The notes beneath the pieces are model-generated. The model was not told the DNA's origin. It did not search any database and saw only the letters and a list, made by a program, of their open reading frames with translations. The position numbers were made by a program, and so were the translations under genes. From Paramoeba atlantica (Eukaryota > Protista > Discosea): DNA of 64,000 nt. Within the stretch, counting starts at the first letter, position 1, and every line of letters begins with the position of its first letter. The stretch spans positions 62,001 to 126,000 of the forward strand of contig CDRNVI010000071.1 of the NCBI GenBank assembly GCA_977017575.1, written 5' to 3'. Of this stretch, positions 51,718 to 62,595 are shown in pieces.

Positions 51718-52332
51718 CTAACGGTAGCGCCACATACGCACCGTCTTGTTGCGCTTCCACGCGGCATGCACACTGGGGCGCAGCTTGTTGGCCTTCGAGC
51801 CCTTTGCCCGTAGCCCACGGTGCTTGCGACCGGCAGAGGTGAGACCACGTTGCTCTCTTCGCTTTTGCGTGGGCTTACAAATCCAGTTAATCTGGGGATC
51901 TTCCCGAATGTTCTTCCGCATCGGGTCAACGCAAATCACCTCAAACCACTGGAACGTGGCGTCCTGGTTGCTCCAGTAACTGTTTAAAATGCGAAGATTA
52001 CCAAACTTGTTTCCGACACGCTGTTCCGCAACCACGCGGCTGTTCTTAACCAGTTTACGTCCCAGAACACCTGCGGTCTTGGGCTTTCCGTACGTGATGC
52101 CACGGTGCACCGGCTTCTTTCGCCCCCCTCGGCGGATACGCACGCGGAAGAGGCAGTACCCCGCCTTGCGTTTGTACCCCAGCCGGCGAGCCTTCTCCGG
52201 ACGTGTGGATCGGGTGAGAGGGATGATACGGTGCTGGTGGCGGTACTCCCAGGCCCGGAGACGCTGGAGGTAAGTCATCACGTCACTGCCCTTCTTGCGC
52301 CACAGCTCGTTCATGTAAGTGTAAGCTCCCAT
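51718..52332 (-). CDS. RPL15: 60S ribosomal protein L15 (eL15), kinetoplastid-like
   Basis: [69 protein letters not shown]. Confidence 0.98.
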   Translation of the reverse strand: MGAYTYMNELWRKKGSDVMTYLQRLRAWEYRHQHRIIPLTRSTRPEKARRLGYKRKAGYCLFRVRIRRGGRKKPVHRGITYGKPKTAGVLGRKLVKNSRVVAEQRVGNKFGNLRILNSYWSNQDATFQWFEVICVDPMRKNIREDPQINWICKPTQKRREQRGLTSAGRKHRGLRAKGSKANKLRPSVHAAWKRNKTVRMWRYR

Positions 52333-52532
52333 GGGAGTCCGCTCAGTTGCAGTGGGTAGATGAGAAAAGAAAAAAAGAAATCTAGAGCAAAATGTTGGAA
52401 AACGGTTTGGTAGGTGGAACGCAAGTTTGAGTAAAAAATCAATTCAACCAAAAAAAAGAGTATGCGTCGTTCTCGAGCTTTGTTACAACTCAAAAAAATA
52501 TTTACAAAAAAACTTACCACATTTCTCCCCCC

Positions 52533-53513
52533 TCACCCCTTCGTCATCCGAAACTCATAAATAAAATACCCCACCACACTTAACAACAACACCCCACACA
52601 GCACGGTCAACAACACCGTGTGGGGCCTTCTGGTGTGGACCAAAACCCGGGTCCTCTCCCGGACCTCCCCCACCTCCCTGCCCCGTTTCTCCAGCACCCC
52701 CTGGGTGGCCTCCGCCATCCTCCCCGAGGCCACGACCTCCTCCCCCAGGGAGCGGGCGTGCTCCCCGAGGGTACGCACCCCCGCGAGCAGCCGGCTGAGG
52801 TTCGCGTGGATCTCCTGGTCCGCCTGATCCAGGCGGGAGGCCGTGCCGCGGAGTTCCCTGTCGGTGGACAGGCGAACCGGGAGGGGGGGAGAGGGCCCCG
52901 AGGGGGCTGGGAGCGGGGAGGTGAGGAACTCATGAAGCTTTGTGGTTGTGGTATTCGTATGGGTCGTGGGGAGGGACCCTGTGGAAGGGGGTGGGAGGGT
53001 TTTGGAAAGCAACCCGGTGGCACGGGTTTGCTCGTCGTGTTGGAGGGATTGGAGCTCGTTGCGGATCCGGGTGTAGAGGTTGGCACGTTGGAGGAGTAGG
53101 GACTCGAGGGCGGCGATACGTCCGGTGCGGAGGTTTTGTTTTTCCATTTTGTTGCGAATTTGACGTTCCTCTTCTTGGAAGGCGAGGGAGAGGGTGTGGG
53201 ATCGGGTGGAGATGTCTTGTAACGATTTACGTATCTCTTGGGAGAGTTTAATACAGGGTAACTCGTTGGAACGTCCTTTGTGGACCAAAAGGTTGCGCTC
53301 TTCTAAACGCTCACGTAAAGTGGACATGTCGGTAAGAAGGGTGTTCGCGACAAGAATAAGATTATCTTCCGTCAGCGTAACGCGGTGTTCATTCGCCTTG
53401 TCCTTTGAAGACGAAACGCTTTGATCACTACTGTGGTTGTCCAGCGAGATCCCAATGTTTTGCTGTAACGTCTCCAGACGGGTCAGACATTCTGTAAGAA
53501 TGACAGAGGACAT
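52533..53513 (-). CDS. Qc-SNARE (SYP7/syntaxin-like), tail-anchored
   Basis: N-terminal helical bundle, heptad SNARE motif DQEIHANLSRLLAGVRTLGEHA..., C-terminal TM. First ATG at 53513. Confidence 0.7.
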   Translation of the reverse strand: MSSVILTECLTRLETLQQNIGISLDNHSSDQSVSSSKDKANEHRVTLTEDNLILVANTLLTDMSTLRERLEERNLLVHKGRSNELPCIKLSQEIRKSLQDISTRSHTLSLAFQEEERQIRNKMEKQNLRTGRIAALESLLLQRANLYTRIRNELQSLQHDEQTRATGLLSKTLPPPSTGSLPTTHTNTTTTKLHEFLTSPLPAPSGPSPPLPVRLSTDRELRGTASRLDQADQEIHANLSRLLAGVRTLGEHARSLGEEVVASGRMAEATQGVLEKRGREVGEVRERTRVLVHTRRPHTVLLTVLCGVLLLSVVGYFIYEFRMTKG

Positions 53514-53951
53514 GAGCCGTAGGCCAGGTAACACGTATCTAGCGCGTGAACAGCATCAAACCAATATTATAAAAGGTGAACATATTTACACTTTCTAAGC
53601 ATTTTCAATATCAATGGTTGTGTAGTTACACTTCCCTCAACAGTGATAAATCAAGAGCAACACAACACAGAGGGGACAATAATATGTACATCTACATGGT
53701 ACATCTGTATATTGGATGAGACCGATGTCGCCGAGGTTACAAATTGCGTTCCAGAACATTGGATCTCGGGCGAGTAAACAATACAAATACAACTGTTGCA
53801 ACAGCTTCAATGGAGAATAGTAAACGGCTTTTCGTTTTTTAAACATCCAGGTACTGCCAGATACTGGAAGGTATCTCCAGGATTTTATTTTACACATTAC
53901 ACTGCCGCCTAGTATGATTGAGTTTTTAACTATTTGCCAATAAACTGAATA

Positions 53952-54234
53952 CTGTACCTCCATAGTTATCTGTCACACGGCAACCCCCCTAGTTATCTGT
54001 CACTTTTTGGCCGTTCAGTTTTTTTCGTTATCGACTACCCCTCTAGTTATCTGTCACACGTCATCCACCCGCTAGTTAATTGTCACCTTTTTAATCTTTT
54101 TCAAAAAGGCGAAAGTTTCAATTCCTTACTTCTCAGTTTGAAAGTGAATGGTGATGCGTAGGGAGAAAAGAAAGAAATGGACAGACAGGAACCTTTTCCC
54201 GAAAAGCAGTGACAGATAACTAGAGGGGGTACAG
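53952..54234. mobile_element. MITE, CTGTACC TIRs, TA-flanked, with subterminal tagttatctgtcac repeats
   Basis: TA|ctgtacctccatagttatctgtcac ... gtgacagataactagagggggtacag|TA; motif repeated 4 times direct and once inverted. Confidence 0.75.
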
Positions 54235-54487
54235 TATCTTGCGAGAATGAGTCCATCGTGCGAAATCTCTTCTCGAGGATTCTTTTTCAATTCTCTCAAG
54301 GGAATTGCTATACAATACTTGAAGGACCCCAATTTTTCCTTTTTCGAACAGGTACTACGTCCAGACATTGCCAGATACTGCCACTAACCTCGAGATACGG
54401 CCAGTGACAAACTTAAATCAATGTTACACAATTGCAGGACTCATTCATCTAAAGAATCTGGAGGCACAAAACTCACCCAAGATATTT

Positions 54488-55408
54488 TCAAAAATCTGGA
54501 GCAAAATCATAGACGTTTTTCATCTTTTGAGGATGATAACGCACTCCTGGGGGAAGTGCACCTTCAGGGAGAAATCCGGTAAAAAAATTATCCTCCACAT
54601 ACAGTAATGTAGCATGTGGATTCGACAAACCCGATTCAATACATTTTTTGTCCTCACAATATCTTATGCAGAGAAAATTCTCAAGATCCAGTATCCCGGT
54701 GAACTCATTTCTTCCTAAATGAAGACCACGAAGGGAGTGCGGTAGGTAACCCACTGTGATTTCCCCCGACAGATTGTTGTCTTGCAAAACCAATGACTCC
54801 AAGGTGTCAGGCAGATAGCCTAGATCTACTGGCCCCGAGAACACATTAGACCAAAGATTTAAACGCCGCATCCCACGTCGGAGTTCCCCAAGGTTTAAGG
54901 AACCAGAGTGTTTGTTTGTACGGAGGGAAAGTACAGTCATGCTGGTGGGAAGACCCCCAAGTTCCAACTCTCCTCCAAGAAGTCCACGATGATATTCACA
55001 GTAAAGCTCTTGGACTGTATTCGGGAGAAACTTCCAGCTCATATTTCCCGAGATCTGTCCCAAATTTTCGTAGTTCCATGTGATATGAGTAACTTGTCTT
55101 GCTGCATCGCAGCGAACACCGTCCCACGCGCACGGTGAGACTTGTTCAGTCGAACACAAACATACTGTCCGTTGCAAGACCCACGAGGGACTTTTTTCCC
55201 AAAGATGTTCAATAATCCGTGACATAAGACACTCTTGGGGAAGTAGTGTATTGTCCACTCTACCGCGCCGCAGGGGTATTTTCTCGTTCATGACATTTGA
55301 GCACTGAGATACAAATACACTGTAATAACAAAATCTTGAAAAACAAATAAGAAAAGGTATTAAACGGTAAAAACTTACTGAAATGTGCGAGTTCTGTATA
55401 GGAAGCAA
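54488..55408 (-). CDS. Leucine-rich repeat protein
   Basis: GRVDNTLLPQECL motif, PCAWDGVRCD cap, LRR repeats, C-terminal LPPGVRYHPQK (cf. LPDFVKYIPQK at 5000). Confidence 0.88.
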   Translation of the reverse strand: MLPIQNSHISVSFYRLIPFLICFSRFCYYSVFVSQCSNVMNEKIPLRRGRVDNTLLPQECLMSRIIEHLWEKSPSWVLQRTVCLCSTEQVSPCAWDGVRCDAARQVTHITWNYENLGQISGNMSWKFLPNTVQELYCEYHRGLLGGELELGGLPTSMTVLSLRTNKHSGSLNLGELRRGMRRLNLWSNVFSGPVDLGYLPDTLESLVLQDNNLSGEITVGYLPHSLRGLHLGRNEFTGILDLENFLCIRYCEDKKCIESGLSNPHATLLYVEDNFFTGFLPEGALPPGVRYHPQKMKNVYDFAPDF

Positions 55409-55612
55409 TTTTTAAGGTGTAATGCTTGACTACCCCGCAGGGGGGAGGAACAAGAGTGGCTTTTTTCCAACACTTGAGGACTTTGTAAGAAGCTTCTTGT
55501 TCACGTAAATTTTCCTGAGAAATCTTCAGCTGATCAATAAAATTCCTGCGTTACATACCAAGTGTAAAATCACCTGAAGGCGTTAGCGTGCGCGGACGCC
55601 AGGTACACCTTA

Positions 55613-56080
55613 CTAACTTTGATAATGACTTTGGTAAGATGAGAGAGCATGAATGTTCCCGTATGTGCCCCTTTTGTACCCAGCTTTCATAACTCGGTTC
55701 GAAAATATTGTAGCCTTGGAACTGGAAGCTCCGAAAAGGCCTACAGGCCGCGCCATTTTTTTCATTGACGAAGACATGCAGCATAATGACACTGACCCTG
55801 TACTTGTCGATTTAACGATATCGCGCGTTTTCCGAATAAAATGATACATGTATTTCAACCGGCTGATCAATTCATTCTTTCTGGGCTCAAAAAGCGTTCT
55901 ATTGAATTCCACAATGACGATATTTATCGAAAATTTACTCTCACGGATTTTATTGCCAGTGGTATCCAATGACTTTACGTGTACCGTTTGAAACGCCAGT
56001 GTGTCAATTTTGTTACGATCTACAAACTTGTCTAATTGGTAAACTAAAATTATCATCGTGAATCGTGTGGTAGAACACAA
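55613..56080 (-). CDS. Possible hypothetical protein
   Basis: 155-aa ORF on the polycistron strand; no motif recognised. Confidence 0.3.
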   Translation of the reverse strand: MCSTTRFTMIILVYQLDKFVDRNKIDTLAFQTVHVKSLDTTGNKIRESKFSINIVIVEFNRTLFEPRKNELISRLKYMYHFIRKTRDIVKSTSTGSVSLCCMSSSMKKMARPVGLFGASSSKATIFSNRVMKAGYKRGTYGNIHALSSYQSHYQS

Positions 56081-56331
56081 TATGCATCAGGCGCTGGATT
56101 TCGACGAAGCAAGCAACCACTTGCAACATGACAGCCGACTCAAACGAAGTTATTAAACCCTTGAAGAAGAGTCATCGTTCGGCAAGGAGCTTATTTCGAA
56201 TTTTACGTATCCTACGTATGTCACGAATTTACTTTTTACGGAAGGCGTACGTAATACACCGAAATTTGGGTATCTTAGTGACTTCTTTGTCTGCTGATTG
56301 GTCGATTTTGAATAACCATGAAAAATTCATT

Positions 56332-57030
56332 TCACATGATCGCATGAATTAAGACACAGAGAAGCATGACACTAAGCACAACAAGTACACCTGGCGAGAC
56401 AACTTCTGAGCGCTCCAAATCGGCGTAAAGAAACTTAATATTGTGTTCTTCTGGAAAAATAAAGACATTGTTTCCAAAAAGGGTTAGCACCTTTAGTCGT
56501 GGGGGTGCATGTAACAAATTTACCATGCCAGTAAATTTATTGTGGTGTAAAGCAAGTCGGGACAACGATGAAGGAAGGCCAAACAATTGAATTGACCCGC
56601 CAAAAAAGTTGTGCGGTGCTTCCAAGTTAACCATGTTGGAAGGAAGCATTGAGAGAGAAAGTGCCCCATAGAAACGATTGTGAGACACGTCCAGGCTGCG
56701 GAGGCCTTGTGGAAGTAGCTCACAGGGAAGCTCACCTTGTAGCTGATGCTTAGAGAGGGCAATATAAACCACATTAGGTGGCAGAGCATCCCAGCGTGGT
56801 ACCCCTGTAAGAGTAGGAACTCCCGGTGACCCATTTCCAGGTTCGTGCTGCCACATCAGTGTGATTACCCCATCGTGGCTCCTAATGCCCTTCCAGTGAG
56901 AAAGAGGAATGCATGACTTCCAACTTTCAACCTCCTGCAATCTATAGGTAAGGTTGGAAATAAACATAGCGAACTGCTCTTCAATGAGCAGCGGGGATAG
57001 TCGAGCCTTTGCGAGACGAGAAGCATGCAT
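56332..57030 (-). CDS. LRR protein with C-terminal hydrophobic tail
   Basis: WKSCIPLSHWKGI cap, LPxxLxxLxLxHNxFxG repeats, terminal VLVVLSVMLLCVLIHAIM. Confidence 0.8.
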   Translation of the reverse strand: MHASRLAKARLSPLLIEEQFAMFISNLTYRLQEVESWKSCIPLSHWKGIRSHDGVITLMWQHEPGNGSPGVPTLTGVPRWDALPPNVVYIALSKHQLQGELPCELLPQGLRSLDVSHNRFYGALSLSMLPSNMVNLEAPHNFFGGSIQLFGLPSSLSRLALHHNKFTGMVNLLHAPPRLKVLTLFGNNVFIFPEEHNIKFLYADLERSEVVSPGVLVVLSVMLLCVLIHAIM

Positions 57031-57473
57031 AAAAAATACGTAGTCTTCGAAAGAGATCTAGTGTTTGACAACGTAGCTCCAGCATGGAAAGCTGACTATT
57101 TAAGAGGTAACTTGCAATTTAAACAGAGGAAATTTTGCAGGTCTGGGATGTCTTACTTACATTAGTTACTCTTAAGCACCCAATTATCTATTCTTCGGAA
57201 ACGGTGCTTGGGAAGTATCAGGCCATGACACCATTCAAAATTTCGTGTCCAAACCGCCCTTCCCTTGGCGTTTACAGTATGCAGTGTCCAACACCACATG
57301 AACAAAAGGAGCGATGCGTTCTCTGCCTCGAAGATGGAGTTATTGAAGGTACTGAGAGCAAGATCAAGGTGTTGTATTTAGAGGGAGAAGGTGCAGTAAT
57401 TTAGAGGGAAGTTCGCTGAAGTATAGTTCCTCTGAAAGCACATTTTTTTGAAGGTCTAGCACGAGTAAATTTC

Positions 57474-58376
57474 TCATTTGCTACTATATTGCATGAGAAG
57501 CCGATGCTTTCTTGCTTCTAATTCTTTCTTTTCCTGAGCTTCATGTTTTTGCTTTTCTTCTTCCATTTCGTGTCGGGCTTGTCGCGCCTTTTCTTCGGCT
57601 TCTTTTTCTATTCGACAAAGTTCTGTTTCCTCCTCCGTTGAGTACACCCCATAGTACTCAGGAGAAAAATGGCGGCGCAGAGGTGGGGCAAGTAGTGCTG
57701 AAAAGGGCAACCTATCTCGACTTTTGTGGCATATCCCCATTTTTTCTGTTCCGGATAAAGCATCAACATTCGTTGAATCTGCACAGACCTTCACTTTCTT
57801 CTGTTTATCTATGGTGACAAATTCTTGACCTATTTCGTGTTCATGAAAACCTGAGGAATCGCTGCTCGACTCGACTGATGAATCCGAATCTTCCGTTTGA
57901 CTAATACCTGTGTAAAGTGCATCTGTTGCTTCTGGTGTGGCATATTCTGCATGCTTCACAGTCGCAGCTTTTGTAACTTTAATTGGGCGCTGATAAGCCC
58001 CAAAATACTGATACTTTTTACGCGACAAGGAAGTTGCGCCGTTGGTAGATCGTGCCAGGAGACGATCCCTCAACATGATATCTCGATTAATCTCATCGTT
58101 GAGCGTTTTTAGTCGCGAAGGAGGTAGTGTGCTATCTTGTATTTCAGATAAAAGCGCAGCAATGTGTTGATTCAACACTGCAGCTGCTTTTTTGGCTTCT
58201 TCCGAAGAACAAATATCCGGATTCAACTTTTGCACCGATGTGAACGTAAATGCCGCTGTTTCATCTGTGATCCCCGATTTCGCTTTCGCCGTATGGAACA
58301 GATTGAGAGATTGGGCAGAGCGTTGTGCATTGCGGGATAAAGTACCGCGTAATTCATTGAGTTCAAGAGATGACAT
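57474..58376 (-). CDS. ISY1: ISY1-like NineTeen-complex splicing factor
   Basis: SRNAQRSAQSL, EIQDSTLPPSRLKTLNDEINR and KYQYFGAY match ISY1 (ARNAEKA, IQNxxL..IRDLNDEINK, YKYFGAA). Confidence 0.75.
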   Translation of the reverse strand: MSSLELNELRGTLSRNAQRSAQSLNLFHTAKAKSGITDETAAFTFTSVQKLNPDICSSEEAKKAAAVLNQHIAALLSEIQDSTLPPSRLKTLNDEINRDIMLRDRLLARSTNGATSLSRKKYQYFGAYQRPIKVTKAATVKHAEYATPEATDALYTGISQTEDSDSSVESSSDSSGFHEHEIGQEFVTIDKQKKVKVCADSTNVDALSGTEKMGICHKSRDRLPFSALLAPPLRRHFSPEYYGVYSTEEETELCRIEKEAEEKARQARHEMEEEKQKHEAQEKKELEARKHRLLMQYSSK

Positions 58377-58516
58377 TATAAAAAAATACTTTACAACGAA
58401 ATCAGTCTAGCGATAATATGAATTAATCAAAGACTTACTTACTACGCCTCGTACTACTGATGTTACAAAAAATCAGCAATAGTTCAAACACTTATTAAAT
58501 AACAACGAGTCTGAAC

Positions 58517-58864
58517 TTATGAGACGTATTCTGTTAGACCAGTCACCCTCACGCACTGATTAAACGCCTTCATGATAAAAGAGCACGAATTGGGGTCCAT
58601 AATGTTTTGTTGCATGCATGCTTGTAACATACAGGCCATAGGCTGACACTGAGGTGCGGGCTCTCCTTTTTGTCGACCAAGAATAGGCACCAAAGAGTGA
58701 TACGAAGAACTTTCTCGCCAATTCTTAACGCAGAGAAGAAATGCGTCCTGTTGCTCGACACAAGGTTGTGTGGCATGTTTTTTAAACGGCGTCTTCTGCA
58801 GACATTCTACCCAAAGGGATGATTCCGTAGAACAGACTTGCGCCTTGTCCTCTTCAGTCATCAT
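58517..58864 (-). CDS. Mitochondrial intermembrane-space CX9C protein (two helix-hairpins, second Cmc4-like)
   Basis: C-x9-C spacing repeated: CSTESSLWVEC, CVEQQDAFLLC, CQPMACMLQAC, CSFIMKAFNQC. Confidence 0.75.
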   Translation of the reverse strand: MMTEEDKAQVCSTESSLWVECLQKTPFKKHATQPCVEQQDAFLLCVKNWRESSSYHSLVPILGRQKGEPAPQCQPMACMLQACMQQNIMDPNSCSFIMKAFNQCVRVTGLTEYVS

Positions 58865-59113
58865 TTTGGTATTCGATGTTTTCCTTGCATACCTGCCAGC
58901 ACCTTAGAACATTTGATTGATATAGAAAAAAGCAGAAAAAATGCTTAGAAAGAAACACAATAAGATGATTTCCAGGTTTTTGACAAAAACTATAAAAAAA
59001 TGAACACTCGTTGAAAAGCATTCACAATTTTCTAAGGTCGACATAAAGTTTTTTTTGACAACGTGAGTTTGCGACTGACAACGAATAGTCCCCTTGAAGA
59101 CCCAGTTCAGACA

Positions 59114-61162
59114 TCACTCGCACTCCACAGCCTCCAAGGGTAATTCCTGCGTTGGAGTAGCTAGAATAATTTGGTCGAATAAAATAAAATGTGGCGAAGA
59201 CGCTTCATCCTCTAACCCAGAAGCGGAATCCATATCTGTTCTGCGCACGTACCGACAAAAGCTACGCGTCGCTCCTAAAACACTGTGTAAGAGTGAGGCG
59301 TAAAGGGGCAAACTCTCGTTCCCACACAACACCACCAGCGTGTTCACCTCCGGTACCTCGCCTACCTCACCTTCCCCACTCCCTCTCCGGGACCTCCGCA
59401 ACACCCTTTCCCGGTACGCCTCCCGTATCCCCGCAATCGCGTGGGCCTCCACCCCCATGTAACACTCGATATAGGGCGGAAGACACACATCCGTACCCTC
59501 GGAGTGAACCGGGGACGTGGCGTGTCGTAGCACACACAGTTTCACGACCCCTTCCTTCCCCATTCCCTCTTTTTTGTTCACTCCTTCCACTCCCACCCCT
59601 TCCACTCCCACCCCTTCCATTTCCACCCCCACCCCCACCCCCACCACTCTCCCCAACACCCCTCTCACCTCCTCAGCACTCCCAAAACATGTCGTCGTGT
59701 CCACATACACTAAGGCATGCACGCCCCCCCCTCTCCCCCCTCCCCCCCTTCCCTCTCCCCTCTCCCTCACCACCACCTCCACCCGGTACTCCACCGCTGG
59801 ACTCTCACGCAGCAGCGAGAGCCAGTGGGGGGCGTTGGGGTCGTAGGCCCCGGGGGAGGTGTAGGGGAGCAGAGGCAGCAGAGAGGTGAGAGGGAGCCAG
59901 GGGCGTTGCGTGGAGGGAGACGTAGAGGGAGAGGCGTGACGGGAGAGCAGGGAGAGGAGATGGGCTTGGAAGGCGGAGGGGGAGGGGGTGTGCAGGCAAA
60001 GGGTGTGGGAAGGGGGGAGGGGGGAGGGAGGGGGGGAGGGGGGTGGGTGGACCTCGGGGGGGGTGGTTTGTACCGAGAGGAGGTCGGGGGCGTGGTGGCC
60101 GAGGACGGTCAGCAGACTGGTCCCGTGTAGCCATTCAAGGGTAAACGGGGGGTGAAGTTTCTGGAGGAGAGATACGAGCTCGGGGTAGGAGAGGCGGGTG
60201 GAGGTGCGGGTTTGTGCTTTTGCGGTGACAGCGTGGTGCCGTAGGGTGTGTGTGAGCTGTCCCCATGGGAGGAGGAACAGCTCCTCGGGGTTGGCGTCGG
60301 AGATTCCAATGGTGAAATCAGAGCTTCGAGCGAGACACCGCCGTACGTCACCAGGGGGTAGGGTGGCCACCCACCCTGGGAGGATCTCCTCGAGTGCGGA
60401 TCGAAACTCACCCCACGGGGTGGGGGATTCCGAATGCAGCATTCGGTGGGCGAGCCCTCGTAACGTACGCGTGACAGGAAAAACTGCAAGACCCTCTGTT
60501 CTTTGAACGGGGTATAATGCCCCTTGCTCTGTCGCGAATTCGAGTAGTTCTTTTGGAGAGAGCTTGCTGGAGGAGGCGAGACACTTAAGAAAATCGGTGT
60601 GCAGTAACTCTTCGATTCGACGTAGAGTGTCGTCCTGAGTCGTGCCTTCCGCTGGAAGGCGCGAGGCTAGGAGATGCAGCTCGGGAAGTAATGGAGAGAG
60701 TCGTTGTATGTTGTACTGTGTCTGGCGAAATAGAGAGAGCGATACCGTGGGTACACCCTGATGGTACCCGACAGATAAAAAAGGGTGAAGATGAACGCGT
60801 GTCAAGGCATCGGACACAAAGTAGTCCTTTGTAAGGGTTTGTAAAAAAGTTTCAAGCGGTAATACAAGGGACGGCAAGCAGGAAAGTTTGTCACAAGAGT
60901 TAAAAAACGCACGGTATAAAACGCGATTCGTTGCTACATCAAGATTCTGCGTGAGAGCGGTGCCAGCTGATAACAACGCTGATGTCTTTGAGTGCCTTCT
61001 TAAAACGCAATCCACAGGTGTGAAGCAATCGTTACCGGAAGTGCTCTCGGAAAAGAATCGTAAGGAAGGGTAAAAACAAAGCTGCCTGCTTTGTACTAAT
61101 TTGGACACCCTAAATGCCCGAAAGGTACGAAGGAATGACAATGATCTAGGTATCATGGTCAA
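59114..61162 (-). CDS. Hypothetical protein, probably mitochondrion-targeted
   Basis: 682-aa ORF; Arg/Ser/Leu/Phe-rich, acid-free N-terminus. Confidence 0.7.
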   Translation of the reverse strand: MTMIPRSLSFLRTFRAFRVSKLVQSRQLCFYPSLRFFSESTSGNDCFTPVDCVLRRHSKTSALLSAGTALTQNLDVATNRVLYRAFFNSCDKLSCLPSLVLPLETFLQTLTKDYFVSDALTRVHLHPFLSVGYHQGVPTVSLSLFRQTQYNIQRLSPLLPELHLLASRLPAEGTTQDDTLRRIEELLHTDFLKCLASSSKLSPKELLEFATEQGALYPVQRTEGLAVFPVTRTLRGLAHRMLHSESPTPWGEFRSALEEILPGWVATLPPGDVRRCLARSSDFTIGISDANPEELFLLPWGQLTHTLRHHAVTAKAQTRTSTRLSYPELVSLLQKLHPPFTLEWLHGTSLLTVLGHHAPDLLSVQTTPPEVHPPPSPPPSPLPPSHTLCLHTPSPSAFQAHLLSLLSRHASPSTSPSTQRPWLPLTSLLPLLPYTSPGAYDPNAPHWLSLLRESPAVEYRVEVVVRERGEGRGGGGRGGGVHALVYVDTTTCFGSAEEVRGVLGRVVGVGVGVEMEGVGVEGVGVEGVNKKEGMGKEGVVKLCVLRHATSPVHSEGTDVCLPPYIECYMGVEAHAIAGIREAYRERVLRRSRRGSGEGEVGEVPEVNTLVVLCGNESLPLYASLLHSVLGATRSFCRYVRRTDMDSASGLEDEASSPHFILFDQIILATPTQELPLEAVECE

Positions 61163-62595
61163 TTAAAGCTCGAGTAGAAAATCTGATGAATAAAATTCGA
61201 CATTTTTTAATGTTTTAAATTTTTGGCAAAGAGAATCAGGGAATAATGCTGTAATAGTGCTCGTAAAAAATTGGAAAATATATTTCGTGAAACTTTTCAA
61301 ATTTGTTCACGAATTAATATTTCACAAATATTTGCTGCACAAATTTTTGTAGAAGGGTGGGGATTTATAAAGATGTTCATAATTTAAAATGGTGTTCACA
61401 TGGGAAAAACAAGGTCGATTGAAGGAGCACACGCCGAAATATCCAAGTGATCAAAAAGAATGCGTTTTTACATATTTTATGTTATGTAGATTGAAATTTT
61501 TTGGGTTCGAATTTTCGCTTAAATTTAGATTTAGATTCTCCGTTAAATTTTCCTCTTGTTTTGGCGAAAATCCACTCCTTTTGCTCTTCAGTCAGGTCAA
61601 TGTTCTCCATTTCTCCATAAAGGATCATAAAAAAAACATTTCTCCAACGTCCCCCATTGAAAAATACGCAAAAATTCTAGAAAAAACATTAAAAAAACAA
61701 AAAAAAAAGCACTATTTCGAGATTTGCTCACGAGTTAATATTTTACAAATTTTAATTTTACTGTATTTCAAAAAAAATTACGAGCACTGTATGTGGTAGT
61801 GGTGTAGGACGGAGTAGTACTTGGACTTCGATAACCTCCTCCGCTGTGTCCTTCGTCGACGAGACTCCCGGCTCTCTGCACCTGGCGGTCGTCCAACTCT
61901 CTGCACCTCGGCTCTCTGCACCCGGATTGCCCCCAAAACTGTAATATGGGGATTACGCATCCGTCTCTCTGCACCTACACAAGTTAACCGAGATCTCTGC
62001 ACCTGGAACGCCAGCTTTCCGCACCCGTACACCTCCGGCGAGGACGATCCGCTCGATGTTTTTCTTCATCCTAGCATGCCATTCCGTGACATAATCCCAG
62101 TCACGCTTTACTTCTTGACTCCGAGTCCGATCAAAGTCTGCCAACCTTTTCAGACGCTTCTTCTGCGTCTTCTACTGATACCGATACGAATTCCGACCTC
62201 ACCGTTTCAGCAAACGACGACCCAGACTGGGAACCTAGCGATGGGGAAAGTTCTTCGATCTGCGACGATAAGTGGAGTGAAGAAGAGAGCATTGCCATTT
62301 ATGCTTCTTTCAAGGGCGTTGAGTGACATGCAAAAGAAGAAGATGAAGACTTTGCGGAGCGTTTTCGAGACGAGATGGAATTCTCTCCCGTTGAGGACTT
62401 CGAAAGTGCTGTCTGTTTCGATGCGCAACTTCTGGATGATGTTTTTGCGATAAAAAGGATTGCGGTGGTTGTTTACAACCTCTGCCTCTCCCTTCTTTAT
62501 GGTGTCCGGGGTAGGGTGGATCCAGCAGGGTGAGAAAAGGGGGTCCAGCCCCCCCTCTATCCTCGATTTGGGCACAAATCGCGGTGCTTAAAAAC

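Noticed and set aside
53637-53963. 108-aa minus-strand ORF
   Set aside because: Starts inside a MITE, AT-rich, no recognisable motif.
59114-61162. LOTUS/NYN (MARF1-like) or RNA-editing-complex assignment
   Set aside because: Only a vague impression from secondary-structure patterns; needs a profile search.
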